In this document: one piece after another, positions 1-9,871 of the stretch
Layout of the letters: each line of letters begins with the position of its first letter
How positions within the stretch are numbered: the stretch's first letter is position 1
The notes under the pieces: model-generated
The model's database searches: none
What the model was told of the DNA's origin: nothing
The model's input: only the letters and a program-made list of their open reading frames with translations
Origin: an uncultured Acidobacteriaceae bacterium
Lineage (GTDB): Bacteria > Acidobacteriota > Terriglobia > Terriglobales > Acidobacteriaceae
Assembly: GCA_963773955.1 (NCBI GenBank)
Contig: CAVZDM010000026.1
Coordinates: forward strand, 6,750 to 70,749
Length of the DNA: 64,000 nucleotides
Reading direction: 5' to 3'
Position numbers and translations under genes: made by a program

Positions 1-603
1 CGGATTGCCGACGACGGCGAAGTGCTGGTGCGCGGACCCTCGATATTCAAGGGCTATTGGAATCGTCCCGTGGAAACGCAGGCCGTGTTTGTGGACGGCT
101 GGTTCAAGACGGGCGACATCGGGTACCTCGACAGTGACGGATTCCTCTCGATCACGGATCGCAAGAAAGATCTGATCAAGACTTCCGGCGGCAAGTTCAT
201 CGCCCCGCAGCCGATCGAAAATTCGCTGAAGCTGAACCCGCTCATCGGGACCGCGGTGGTGTTCGGTGACCGGCGGAAGTTTCCGGCCGTGCTCATCGCA
301 CCGCACTTCCCTGCCCTGGAAGATTGGGCACGGGCGAACCAGGTTGAATTTGCCTCGCGAGGAGAACTGGTTGCGAACGTCAAGGTGCAGGCCCTGTATG
401 AGGGGATGATCGAAGACCTGAATCAGAACCTGGCACGCTTCGAAAGACTGAAACGTGTGCTGCTGGTGCCCGAAGAACTATCGGCGGAGGATGGAACCCT
501 GACGCATACTTTAAAAGTTCGGCGACGGGGCATCGAAGAGCGCTACCGCAAGCTGATTGATGAGATGTATGAGAGGGCGGAGGCGGAAGTAGTTTCGGGA
601 TGA
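1..603 (+). CDS. Long-chain acyl-CoA synthetase (AMP-forming), C-terminal fragment; 5' end lies outside the window
   Basis: Frame 1 is open from base 1 (RIADDGEVLVRGP...). The translation has adenylate-forming C-terminal signatures GWFKTGDIG...DRKKDLIKTSGGKFIAP. Track ORF 22..603 begins at an internal GTG. Confidence 0.85.
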   Translation, partial: RIADDGEVLVRGPSIFKGYWNRPVETQAVFVDGWFKTGDIGYLDSDGFLSITDRKKDLIKTSGGKFIAPQPIENSLKLNPLIGTAVVFGDRRKFPAVLIAPHFPALEDWARANQVEFASRGELVANVKVQALYEGMIEDLNQNLARFERLKRVLLVPEELSAEDGTLTHTLKVRRRGIEERYRKLIDEMYERAEAEVVSG

Positions 604-627
604 CATCCCAACCCTTACAATAGGATC

Positions 628-1401
<774 letters not shown>

Positions 1402-1536
1402 AACCCCGTTCGTGTGGGGACGGGCGCCTCGCCCGTCCAGCCGAGCGCAGCCCGGCGGTGCGACGTCCGTATTTGCCGCAAAAATATTGGGCGGCCACCA
1501 GGGCCGCCCGTTTAGCATGTGTTGGAGTCGCTACCC

Positions 1537-1860
1537 CTAGAGCATCTTGACGCTATCAACGTGAATCTTGCCGCCGTCAATGTGCCCGGTAACAGCAACG
1601 TGATGTCCAAGGTGATCTTTGAGGGCATCGGGATTGTCAACCGCCAGGACCTTCTGGTCCGTGTCGGTAACCAGGACGGCTTTTTCACCGCCCGCGATGC
1701 ACTTCTTCGTGCATCCTTCCGCGCCCGCATTGGCTCCCTTGACTCCACACTTGGAATCGCTAACCCAGCCGTCCACGGTCTGGGCGTCGCTGGCAAATGA
1801 CACCGAGGCAACCAGCGCAAGCAACGCGCCGGCAAGTAACAACAAGAGAAGTTTCCGCAT
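1537..1860 (-). CDS. Small secreted Cys-containing protein, unknown function
   Basis: The internal ATG at 1860 yields the signal peptide MRKLLLLLLAGALLALVASVSFA. No family recognised. Confidence 0.5.
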   Translation of the reverse strand: MRKLLLLLLAGALLALVASVSFASDAQTVDGWVSDSKCGVKGANAGAEGCTKKCIAGGEKAVLVTDTDQKVLAVDNPDALKDHLGHHVAVTGHIDGGKIHVDSVKML

Positions 1861-2049
1861 GTCACCCTCCTTAAGATTAGTTCCCACACGTGACGCGATC
1901 TCTGAACTCTATCACAGGAGGGGGAGAGGCTGGGCGGCAAAAACATCTGGAAAGCTGCGCGCGGGAAGTTGCGACAAATCGAATCGCAGTTGCGGCGATT
2001 CCGGTATATCATGGCGGGCATCATCGTAGCCTGGCCAGGAGGAAACAAG

Positions 2050-2718
2050 ATGGTTGCGCCGTTTCGTTCTCGCAAGTTGCTCACGCTTCTGCCAGTTCTC
2101 GGAATCCTGCTGTCGGCAAACCTTGCCGTGGGTCAAGACTCCTCGACGCTGCTTCGTCTTCAACGTTCGAAAGCAAGTCTGAATCTGGAGACCAACGTGG
2201 TGCACGCGGCTGGCATCCATGGCCTGACCGAGGGCAAGGGAGGAAGTGTGTTCACTTACCCCAACTGGCTTTCATGCCTGGTGGTTTATGGCGACGGCAA
2301 GTATGTTTTAGAGAAACGAGAGGAAGCGACGGTGGGGAAGCCCAAGATCAAGCTCGCGCAAGGCTCCCTGGCCGCTGATGACCTTCAGCACCTGAAGGCA
2401 ATACTCGACGATGAAGCCCTGAAAAAGGTCGAGTCGCCCAAGGCACCGGACTTTCCCGATGACGCCGTCATGGTCCGCGAAATTGAGAGCCTCGATGCGC
2501 AAATCGACCACGCGGGCACAGTGCAGCACTTCACCACAATAAAGGAGCGCTTGAAGACTACCTCGCCAACCGGAATGGATGACTACCTCGATAATGGCGC
2601 GCCCTACCAAAAGACGCTGAGCCCGCTGATGAAGTGGTTTGAGGGTCTCGATAAAAAGAGCAAGTCAGACTTCAAGGATTCAAAGGCCCAATACTGTGTA
2701 GCGATGAACATAGGTTAG
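2050..2718 (+). CDS. Hypothetical secreted protein
   Basis: ATG 2050 is preceded by AGGAGG (2035-2040). Hydrophobic N-terminus LLTLLPVLGILLSANLAVG. No family recognised. Confidence 0.55.
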   Translation: MVAPFRSRKLLTLLPVLGILLSANLAVGQDSSTLLRLQRSKASLNLETNVVHAAGIHGLTEGKGGSVFTYPNWLSCLVVYGDGKYVLEKREEATVGKPKIKLAQGSLAADDLQHLKAILDDEALKKVESPKAPDFPDDAVMVREIESLDAQIDHAGTVQHFTTIKERLKTTSPTGMDDYLDNGAPYQKTLSPLMKWFEGLDKKSKSDFKDSKAQYCVAMNIG

Positions 2719-2735
2719 CGGAAGCGGTTAGCGCG

Positions 2736-3284
2736 ATGACAAGACTCATTGCATTTCTTGCACTCTTGTTGGGATTGGGGCTGGCTACCACTGCCGGCTC
2801 CGGCCAAACCCCGAATCCTCCGGCAATTCGGCTCCTTCTTAATGAAGTGCTGCCGGGTTCCCTATCCGCCGACCAGTACTGCACTCTGGTGTTTACGGAC
2901 CACCACTTCCATTCGGAGAAAGCGAGCCGCCACCACGGGAAAGATACTGACCGCAAGATATATGAAGGCGAACTCTCCGACGTGGAATGGAATGCGCTAG
3001 GCGCGATTGTTGACAGCAAGGAATTTCGTGAAATGAAAGTTCCGCAGAGTGTGCCGCCGCTGGTCATGCAAGATACCCACCCTTACAACATCAGCGTGGC
3101 GCGCGACGGCAACTTCCAGAATATGGAGTTCATTGACGGCAAGAGCCTCAAGCCCTACGAGCCGCAGATCAAGCCCTTGCTGCAATGGTGGAAGTCGCTT
3201 CGCGGGCGGCGTATGCCGGAATCGAAAGCGCCTGCAAATGATAGTTGTTCGCTCGACAGTTCACACGCGGTCTTCAGTCAGTAG
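2736..3284 (+). CDS. Hypothetical secreted protein, probable paralogue of 2050..2718
   Basis: Signal peptide MTRLIAFLALLLGLGLATTAG. Its C-terminal ...KPLLQWWKSL... parallels ...SPLMKWFEGL... of the upstream ORF. Confidence 0.55.
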   Translation: MTRLIAFLALLLGLGLATTAGSGQTPNPPAIRLLLNEVLPGSLSADQYCTLVFTDHHFHSEKASRHHGKDTDRKIYEGELSDVEWNALGAIVDSKEFREMKVPQSVPPLVMQDTHPYNISVARDGNFQNMEFIDGKSLKPYEPQIKPLLQWWKSLRGRRMPESKAPANDSCSLDSSHAVFSQ

Positions 3285-3336
3285 CTCAAGTCAGTAGCTC
3301 ATCGTTCTTTAATGCTCGTTCTTTAGTGCTCGTTCT
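3276..3336. repeat. Short tandem repeats at the convergent gene junction
   Basis: TCAGTAGCTCA occurs twice, then TCGTTCTTTARTGC occurs about 2.7 times. On the minus strand the repeated unit contains the stop codon of the FtsB-like gene (AGAACGAGCACTAA / AGAACGAGCATTAA / AGAACGATGAGCTA). Confidence 0.7.
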
Positions 3337-3769
3337 TGGCCCGCCCTGTAGGCGGCTTCTGCGGAGGAGCGGGCGCGACGTACACAACTTCTCCACGGCG
3401 AGTGTAGTGCAGTTGCTCGCGGGCTTCCTTCTCGATGGCGGCAGGATCGGATTTGAGCGATTTGATCTGATCGACGTACTGATTGTTTTCCGTCTGCAGG
3501 CGCTCGACTTCACTCTGCAGCGATTGCAGTTCGGCGTGCTTCTGGCGATAGATGACCATGCCGTTGGCACCGAACATGGCGTGCAACAGCAATCCCAGGA
3601 TAAGAACGACGGCGGCCGCGGTTCCCAGACGACGCCACTCCAGGACGAGCCACGACCAGACCGGCCGCGTGCTTTCGACCCAACGCGCGGCTGCAGCCTC
3701 TGCCTTCGGAGCCTGATCCTTGGCCTGGTCTTTGACATGAACTATGACATGACCCACAGCCTGACCCAT
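3323..3769 (-). CDS. ftsB: Septum formation initiator (FtsB/DivIC family)
   Basis: A single TM helix (AAAVVLILGLLLHAMF) is followed by the coiled coil QKHAELQSLQSEVERLQTENNQYVDQIKSLKSDPAAIEKEAREQLHY. Start 3769 was chosen to avoid overlap with the upstream gene; 3838 is possible. Confidence 0.75.
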   Translation of the reverse strand: MGQAVGHVIVHVKDQAKDQAPKAEAAAARWVESTRPVWSWLVLEWRRLGTAAAVVLILGLLLHAMFGANGMVIYRQKHAELQSLQSEVERLQTENNQYVDQIKSLKSDPAAIEKEAREQLHYTRRGEVVYVAPAPPQKPPTGRAKNEH

Positions 3770-3822
3770 CGCCGCGCGCAGGCCTGCCTCCCCCCGTGGA
3801 AGGATGCGCATTCTCGGCTGTC

Positions 3823-5244
3823 CTAGTCGAAGATCCATGCTTTGGCTGCCGCGCTCAACTTTGCAAGCTCTTCCCTGCTGCGCGCTTCGCTATACACGCG
3901 CACCACTGGCTCCGTGCCCGAGAGCCGGTAGCAAACCCACGATCCGTCGGCGAGAACGAGTTTGAGTCCGTCGGTCCTCACCACACTGGCAACTTTGATG
4001 CCATGGAACTCGCTCGGATCACGACGTAACTTCTCAGTAAACTTCTGTTTTACTTCCGGCGTCAAGCGGAAGTTCTCCCGCAGCGGGTAGAAGGAACCAA
4101 CTTCGGCAAATAGGTTGGCCAGCTGCTTGCCCAGCGAGGCGCCACGGCGAGCAACCATCTCGCAGCAGAGCAGGCCGGCGAGCACGCCGTCTTTTTCCGG
4201 GACGTGCTTGCGGATGGAGAGGCCGGCGCTCTCTTCACCGCCGATGAGGATCTTGTCCTGCTTGATGAGCTCCCCAATATATTTGAAGCCCACCGGAGTC
4301 TCGTGCAGTTCGATCTTGTGTTTTGCGGCAAGCGCATTGATGAGATTGGTGGTGGCCACGGATTTGCCGACTCCGTTCCTCCAGCCCCGAGTTTCGACCA
4401 GATAGTCAAAGAGCAGGGCGATGATGTAGTTGGGCTGGAGGAACGTGCCATCCTCGTCCACGATCCCAAAGCGATCGGCGTCGCCGTCGGTTGCAATGCC
4501 GATCCCCGCGCCGGTTTCACGCATCTTGTGACGCAGGTCTTCGAGCAGGTGATCGTCGGGTTCCGGGGCGTGGCCTCCAAAGAGCACGTCGCGCGTGTCG
4601 TGGACGGTGGCTACGGTTACGCCTGCCTCGCGCAGAAACGCGTCCGAATAACCACGGGCCGCGCCCCACATCGGATCAAAAGCAATCTTCACACCGGATT
4701 TCTTGATGACGTCGAGGTCAACGATTTCGCGCAGCCGCGAGAGATACATGCGGCGCGGGTCGATCGGTTGAGATGGGGTCTGCGCGTCAGCTTCCGCCGC
4801 TCGCGGCGCATGCGGATTCGCATCGAAGGCTGCAATCTCGCGCTCGATGGCCTGCGTGACTTCAGGAAGCGCGGGCGCGCCATCCGGCGTCGAAAACTTG
4901 ATGCCGTTGTATTCGGGCGGATTGTGCGAAGCGGTGAAGTTGATGGCGCCGTCGGCTTTCGACTGGATCACCGCGTAGGAAATGGTGGGCGTAGGCGTGG
5001 GCTCCGCGATGAGCAGCGGCGTAATGCCGTAGCTGGACAGGATGTCAGCGGCTGTGGCACAGAAGCTCTCGCCGAGGAAGCGCGGATCGCGTCCGACTAT
5101 AATTTTGACCTTGGTCCCATGCGACCCCTGCGATGACACGTAGCGCGCGATGCCATGCACGGCACGATGGACATTAGCGAACGTGAACTCTTCGGCCATC
5201 ACGGCCCGCCATCCGGACGTGCCAAACTTGATTTGCGTTGCCAT
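3823..5244 (-). CDS. Phosphoglucomutase/phosphomannomutase (alpha-D-phosphohexomutase family)
   Basis: N-terminal GTSGWR, catalytic Ser loop TASHNPPEYNGIKF, metal site ATDGDADR, sugar loop GGEESAG. Confidence 0.9.
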   Translation of the reverse strand: MATQIKFGTSGWRAVMAEEFTFANVHRAVHGIARYVSSQGSHGTKVKIIVGRDPRFLGESFCATAADILSSYGITPLLIAEPTPTPTISYAVIQSKADGAINFTASHNPPEYNGIKFSTPDGAPALPEVTQAIEREIAAFDANPHAPRAAEADAQTPSQPIDPRRMYLSRLREIVDLDVIKKSGVKIAFDPMWGAARGYSDAFLREAGVTVATVHDTRDVLFGGHAPEPDDHLLEDLRHKMRETGAGIGIATDGDADRFGIVDEDGTFLQPNYIIALLFDYLVETRGWRNGVGKSVATTNLINALAAKHKIELHETPVGFKYIGELIKQDKILIGGEESAGLSIRKHVPEKDGVLAGLLCCEMVARRGASLGKQLANLFAEVGSFYPLRENFRLTPEVKQKFTEKLRRDPSEFHGIKVASVVRTDGLKLVLADGSWVCYRLSGTEPVVRVYSEARSREELAKLSAAAKAWIFD

Positions 5245-5335
5245 CGGCTTGCCTCGTATGCTTCGAGTGAAACGCGAACCCCTGATTTTATAGGGGACGA
5301 CTTTATTAGGGACGATCCTATATGAGCGATTTTAT

Positions 5336-5653
5336 ATGACCGACAAAAGGCTCGTGCTTACCACTTGCGGTTCGCTCGAAGAAGCCCGGAGCATCGCTCA
5401 TACGCTGGTTGAGCGGCAACTGGCGGCCTGCGTCAACATTGTTCCCCATATTGAATCCGTTTTTCGCTGGCAGGGGGAGATCGAGACGGCGGCCGAGTGG
5501 CTGCTGGTAATCAAGACGACGCTGGACGCCTTCGATCGCGTGCGCGAGGCTTTGCGTGAGCTGCATTCCTACGAACTTCCGGAGTGCATCGAGATTGGCA
5601 TCGAAGATGGGAGCGCGGCTTATTTGGAGTGGATTGGAGAGTCGGTGCGCTGA
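5336..5653 (+). CDS. cutA: Divalent-cation tolerance protein CutA
   Basis: 105 aa. LAACVNI...S.F.WQGEI...EWLLVIKT...HSYELPE is the typical CutA1 pattern. Confidence 0.85.
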   Translation: MTDKRLVLTTCGSLEEARSIAHTLVERQLAACVNIVPHIESVFRWQGEIETAAEWLLVIKTTLDAFDRVREALRELHSYELPECIEIGIEDGSAAYLEWIGESVR

Positions 5654-5703
5654 ACGCGACTGGTTCGCACATCTCTATATCCTTTACTGAAAGGTGACGC
5701 GTA

Positions 5704-5913
5704 ATGGGAATAAGAGAGCCCCTGACACTTAAGCAAAAGGTGTTGTGCGTCGCCTTGATATTTTTTCTGAATACACCTGTGCTTATCTTCATATTTGGCT
5801 ATTCCGACCGATTTTCTCCCAGACAGGTGGGCTTAGTCGGCCTGCTGAATCTCGCCCTGGGAGTCCCCTTGCTCGCACTGATAACGGAAAAATGGATCCG
5901 CAAACTGAAATGA
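5704..5913 (+). CDS. Small two-TM membrane protein, hypothetical
   Basis: 69 aa with two hydrophobic segments. Lower-GC stretch; no family recognised. Confidence 0.35.
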   Translation: MGIREPLTLKQKVLCVALIFFLNTPVLIFIFGYSDRFSPRQVGLVGLLNLALGVPLLALITEKWIRKLK

Positions 5914-5928
5914 AGAAAAACGAAGAGG

Positions 5929-7083
5929 TTAGATCGCAGTCAGCGCCTGGTCGAGGTCGGCGAGAATATCGTCCACGTCTTCGATGCCGACCGATATCCG
6001 CACCAATCCGTCGGTGATGCCGATCTTGCGGCGACCCTCTTCGCCGACAGCCGCGTGCGTCATGGTGGCGGGATGCGAAATCAGCGTCTCAACTCCGCCC
6101 AGCGACTCGGCCAGTGAACACACGCGCACCTTGCGCAGCATCTTGTTGGCGTTCGCGAGCGATCCGGTTTCGAAAGAGATCATCGCTCCGAAACCGGACA
6201 TCTGCCGCTTGGCCAGTTCGTGCTGCGGATGATCCGCCAGTCCGGGATAAAAAACCTTCTGCACCTTTTTGTGTTTCGAGAGATAGTCGGCGACTTTGCG
6301 CCCGCTGCGGTCATGCTGTTCCATGCGAACGGCCAGAGTCTTCACCCCGCGCAGGATCAGCCAGCACTCAAACGGTGACAGGATGGCACCGGCGCATTTC
6401 TGAAGAAAAGCAAGTTTTTCCGCCTGCTCCGGTTTGGTGCAGACTACGACACCTCCCAGCCCGTCGCTGTGTCCGTTGAGAAATTTCGTGGTGGAGTGAA
6501 TCACCATGTCGGCGCCGAACTCAATCGGACGCTGAAAATACGGCGACATGAAAGTGTTGTCGACGACCACCTCGGCACCGTGCCGGTGGCTGACTTCGCT
6601 AAGGGCGCGGAGGTCGCACAGTTGCATCAGCGGGTTGGTCGGCGTCTCCAGGAACACGAACCGTGTGTTCTTCTGGAGCGCGCGTTCAACCTTGTTGACG
6701 TCCGATGTATCGACGTAGGTGAATGTAAGACCAAAGTTGACCAGGACCTGATCGAACAGGCGCGGCGTCCCGCCGTAGAGATTGTGGCCGGCGACGACGT
6801 GGTCGCCCGCTTTGAGCATGGTAGCGACGGCGTTGACGGCCGCCATTCCACTGGCAAAAACACGCGACGCCGTTCCCCCTTCGAGCGCCGCCAGGTTCGT
6901 TTCCAGCCGGTCGCGCGTCGGATTCGATACGCGCGCGTATTCATAACCTTTATTCTTGCCGATTTCTTCCTGAACGTATGTGGAGGTCGGATAGATGGGC
7001 GCGGCGACTGCGCCGGTAAGGGGGTCGGGCTCTTGTCCGACGTGAATGGCTCGGGTTGCGAAACCGGATGGTTGAGTGGTCAA
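5929..7083 (-). CDS. Cystathionine gamma-lyase/gamma-synthase (Cys/Met-metabolism PLP-dependent family)
   Basis: N-terminal ATRAIHVGQ, PLP-lysine region HSTTKFLNGHSD, C-terminal SLGGVETLISHPATMTH. Confidence 0.9.
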   Translation of the reverse strand: MTTQPSGFATRAIHVGQEPDPLTGAVAAPIYPTSTYVQEEIGKNKGYEYARVSNPTRDRLETNLAALEGGTASRVFASGMAAVNAVATMLKAGDHVVAGHNLYGGTPRLFDQVLVNFGLTFTYVDTSDVNKVERALQKNTRFVFLETPTNPLMQLCDLRALSEVSHRHGAEVVVDNTFMSPYFQRPIEFGADMVIHSTTKFLNGHSDGLGGVVVCTKPEQAEKLAFLQKCAGAILSPFECWLILRGVKTLAVRMEQHDRSGRKVADYLSKHKKVQKVFYPGLADHPQHELAKRQMSGFGAMISFETGSLANANKMLRKVRVCSLAESLGGVETLISHPATMTHAAVGEEGRRKIGITDGLVRISVGIEDVDDILADLDQALTAI

Positions 7084-7159
7084 AAGATTCTCCCAACAGC
7101 TGCGAGCATGAAGGTTTTCACCTCTGCAATCTGACCTCTAACCTCTGCAATTGCACTTC

Positions 7160-8110
7160 CTACACTCCGCCTTCAAATATCTTCTTCGACAAATATCGCT
7201 CGGCAGAATCGGGAATCAGCGTGACCACCCGCTTCCCTGCCCCCAGCCGCTTCGCAATTTCCACCGCCGCGTATACGTTGGCACCCGCACTCGAGCCTCC
7301 CAGCACCCCTTCGCGGGCAGCCAATTCTTTCACCATGCCGAAGGCTTGGTCGTCGGTCACCATCATCACTTCGTCGCATACGGAGCGGTCAAAATTCCCC
7401 GGAATAAAACTGTTGCCGATGCCTTCCACTTTGTGTGGACCGGGTTTTCCTCCGCCCAGGATCGAGCCTTGCGTTTCCACCGCCACGGCATGCACTTTCG
7501 CCAGCCGCTCTTTCAGGTAACGGGCGACTCCGGTAAAAGTTCCGGCAGTTCCGCAGCCCACCGTGATGGCATCGACGCGCCCCTCCATCTGCTCAAAGAT
7601 TTCGCGCGCTGTAGTTTCGTAGTGGTAGTCGGTGTTGGCGGGATTATCAAACTGTGCGGCCAAGAAGGCCGATGGGTCGGTCGCCAGCAGGTCCTTCGCG
7701 GCCTGGATCGCGCCTTGCATGCCCTCGGCCTCCGGAGTGCGAGTCACCTCGGCGCCGAAGGCGCGCATGATGATCACTTTCTCCTCCGAAAATTTTTTCG
7801 GGACAAACAAACGAACCTTGTACCCGCGCGTCACCCCGATCAGAGCGAGCCCGATGCCGGTATTTCCAGCGGTGGCTTCGATCACCGTGCCGCCCGGTCT
7901 GAGTTTGCCTTCGGCTTCGGCGCGCTCGATCAAGCCAATGGCGGCGCGGTCTTTCACGCTGCCACCCGGGTTCAGGTATTCGAGCTTGGCGAAAATGTCG
8001 GCCGAGCCCGGAGGGGCCAGCCTCTTCATTTGCAGCATCGGCGTTTCGCCGACGAGTTTGGAAATATCGTCGCTAACGCGCAGGCGCGAATTTGTGGTTG
8101 TTAACGTCAC
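7160..8110 (-). CDS. Cysteine synthase / cystathionine beta-synthase-like PLP enzyme
   Basis: PLP-Lys motif GGSVKDRAA plus TAGNTGIGLA and GCGTAGTFTG loops. The GTG at 8110 gives about 316 aa with the usual N-terminus (ISKLVGETPMLQ). The track start 8251 would overlap the upstream gene. Confidence 0.85.
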   Translation of the reverse strand: MTLTTTNSRLRVSDDISKLVGETPMLQMKRLAPPGSADIFAKLEYLNPGGSVKDRAAIGLIERAEAEGKLRPGGTVIEATAGNTGIGLALIGVTRGYKVRLFVPKKFSEEKVIIMRAFGAEVTRTPEAEGMQGAIQAAKDLLATDPSAFLAAQFDNPANTDYHYETTAREIFEQMEGRVDAITVGCGTAGTFTGVARYLKERLAKVHAVAVETQGSILGGGKPGPHKVEGIGNSFIPGNFDRSVCDEVMMVTDDQAFGMVKELAAREGVLGGSSAGANVYAAVEIAKRLGAGKRVVTLIPDSAERYLSKKIFEGGV

Positions 8111-8187
8111 CCTACAGAGTATGGAACGGGAAGGGGCAGCGTCAATCACCACTCGTCTCGGGTCTTCAGTTTCATCAAGCTGAGACA

Positions 8188-8769
8188 CTAGCTCGTCTTG
8201 CCGGAACGCCCCGCGGCCTCGACGGTCGTAGTAGGATCGGCACCTTGCCACTTCACGTCGGCCGTCGGCCCGTAGGTCGCAGGCACCGGTTTTCCCAGCA
8301 AACGCAAGTAGACGGTCAGCTGCGTGCGGTGATGCGCGGTATGCAAGACGCGCCTCCAGAAGATCCAGATCCGTTCGCGGCGGGTATCAAAGAAAGGGAC
8401 AACCGTCCGCCACCACTCTTCATCGCGCTCCGCCATGAATTCAAGTCGCGGCTGTGCAAGGTCGAGCATCCGCGCGTTGAAGCTCTTGACCACGAGCTGC
8501 TGCGGCAAGACGTGATCCGCCGCGACTTCCGGCAAGCCGAGAAACTCGGCAAAGAATCGCCGCTCCGACAGCAGTTGGTGCTTCATGATGTCCGCGACCG
8601 AACTGGAGTTCGGATGCGGGCGGTAGCCAAGATCAGAATCAACGAAGGTCGCCCAGACCGAAATGACTTTGTTGGTCTCGCTGGCATAGGTATCGAGGAC
8701 GTGTTGCAGGAGGGCAACCCGAGAGCGCGGAACTTGCTCTTCGCGAATTGCCGAGAACGGATATTTCAT
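8188..8769 (-). CDS. DinB-family (four-helix-bundle) protein
   Basis: 193 aa. His-containing helices (HPNSS...IMKHQ, HTAHHRTQLTVYLR) resemble DinB/YfiT-like proteins. Assignment is by motif recall only. Confidence 0.5.
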   Translation of the reverse strand: MKYPFSAIREEQVPRSRVALLQHVLDTYASETNKVISVWATFVDSDLGYRPHPNSSSVADIMKHQLLSERRFFAEFLGLPEVAADHVLPQQLVVKSFNARMLDLAQPRLEFMAERDEEWWRTVVPFFDTRRERIWIFWRRVLHTAHHRTQLTVYLRLLGKPVPATYGPTADVKWQGADPTTTVEAAGRSGKTS

Positions 8770-8788
8770 AAATCAACGTGACTCTCGC

Positions 8789-9871
8789 TTACTGCGCTCC
8801 CGAAGCGGGCTCGGGTCCGGCGTAATATCCGCTTTTCGTACGGACGGTGAGTTTGCTACGGCTGTGCGAACGGGCATCCACTTTCACTTGACGATAGCCG
8901 CCTTGGGTTTTGGGCGTCGTCGGTTTGTATCCGATCGTGTACTGGCTGCGAATATCGTGGGCCACACTGCGGCTGATGGCGTCAACTTCGTCAAGTGTTT
9001 GGGGAAAGAACGCGATGCCGCCGGTTCTCTCCGACATCAGTTGGAGGGCGCGTCTGGCGTGCTTCGGATGTTCGTCCTTCTCCAGGATGCCGATGGCGTA
9101 AACCGTGGGTCCGCCATCGCCTTGCAAGCGCTCCACCGCTTTCTCGAGAGTTTCGCCGCTCTCATTGTCGTCTCCGTCGGTAACCACAAGAATGACTTTC
9201 TTTTCGCGCTTCGCTTCTTTTTTCAATTTTTCGGCGGAGGCTACGACCGCATCGTAAAGCGCGGTGCCGCCGCGCGCCTCGATTTTTTCCAGCCCCTCTT
9301 TCAGCTTATTGATATTGGAAGTGAAATCCTGATCGAGATAGAACTCGTCGTTGAAGTTTACGATGAACACCTCATCGTTGGGATTCGACGCGCGCACCAG
9401 ATTCAGGGCCGCCGCGTTCACCTTTTGGCGCTTCTCTCGCATGGAACCGGAGTTATCGACGACGATGCCCATGGACACCGGAATGTCTTCATGGCGGAAG
9501 GAAGTGATGGTTTGGGGATGCCCATCCTCGAAGACGCTGAAATCACCCTTGTCGAGGCTGGTGACGATGCGCTGCTTGTCGTCGACCACCGTGGCGTGCA
9601 GCACAACTTCTTCCACTTCCTTGCGGAAAACAAATACGCCGCTGTCAGAATCCGGACTCTGGGCAGAGCTCGGGGAAACGTTCGGAGAGACGTTCGGGGA
9701 AACGTTCGGAGCCGTATTCGGAGTTGCGCCTTGTCCGGCGGAAACTGACGGAGGCGTGGCGCTGGGCGGCGCCGGCTGGGCCGAGGTTCCCTCTTGCGCT
9801 TTTACGCTGGCCAGGAACAGCGTCGTCAGAAGAAAGAAAACCAGTAGCGGAACATTATTCCGTCGGCGCAT
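8789..9871 (-). CDS. Secreted VWA-domain protein (acidobacterial VWFA-related type)
   Basis: Signal peptide, low-complexity (PNVS)n linker, beta-sandwich module (VFVFRKEVEEVVLHATVVD...FSVFEDG), and MIDAS motif VVDNSGSM. Confidence 0.85.
   Translation of the reverse strand: MRRRNNVPLLVFFLLTTLFLASVKAQEGTSAQPAPPSATPPSVSAGQGATPNTAPNVSPNVSPNVSPSSAQSPDSDSGVFVFRKEVEEVVLHATVVDDKQRIVTSLDKGDFSVFEDGHPQTITSFRHEDIPVSMGIVVDNSGSMREKRQKVNAAALNLVRASNPNDEVFIVNFNDEFYLDQDFTSNINKLKEGLEKIEARGGTALYDAVVASAEKLKKEAKREKKVILVVTDGDDNESGETLEKAVERLQGDGGPTVYAIGILEKDEHPKHARRALQLMSERTGGIAFFPQTLDEVDAISRSVAHDIRSQYTIGYKPTTPKTQGGYRQVKVDARSHSRSKLTVRTKSGYYAGPEPASGAQ
9674..9721. repeat. 12-bp tandem repeat (3 good units plus 1 degenerate) encoding PNVSPNVSPNVSP
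   Basis: GGAAACGTTCGG / AGAGACGTTCGG / GGAAACGTTCGG / AGCCGTATTCGG, read directly from the sequence. Confidence 0.85.

Noticed and set aside
4204-5136. Long antisense ORFs inside well-supported genes. Examples: 4204..5136, 6469..7134, 7151..8104, 17866..18696, 24982..26142, 29664..31079, 41126..42094, 44721..45341, 47551..48447, 51492..52373, 52279..53169, 58765..59841, 62093..63250.
   Set aside because: These are typical high-GC shadow ORFs. Their translations are Arg/Gly/Ala/Pro-rich with no recognisable motifs, and each lies opposite a gene with strong family signatures.
5929-8110. The cystathionine gamma-lyase plus cysteine-synthase/CBS-like pair considered as something unusual
   Set aside because: Adjacent PLP enzymes of this type form the ordinary (reverse) transsulfuration or cysteine-biosynthesis arrangement. 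The only notable point is the probable GTG start at 8110.
9674-9721. Short tandem repeats (9674-9721, 38498-38550, 26412-26432) considered as possible CRISPR or minisatellite arrays
   Set aside because: The units are 7-15 bp with no spacers. Two of the three are in-frame coding repeats, and no cas genes are present.
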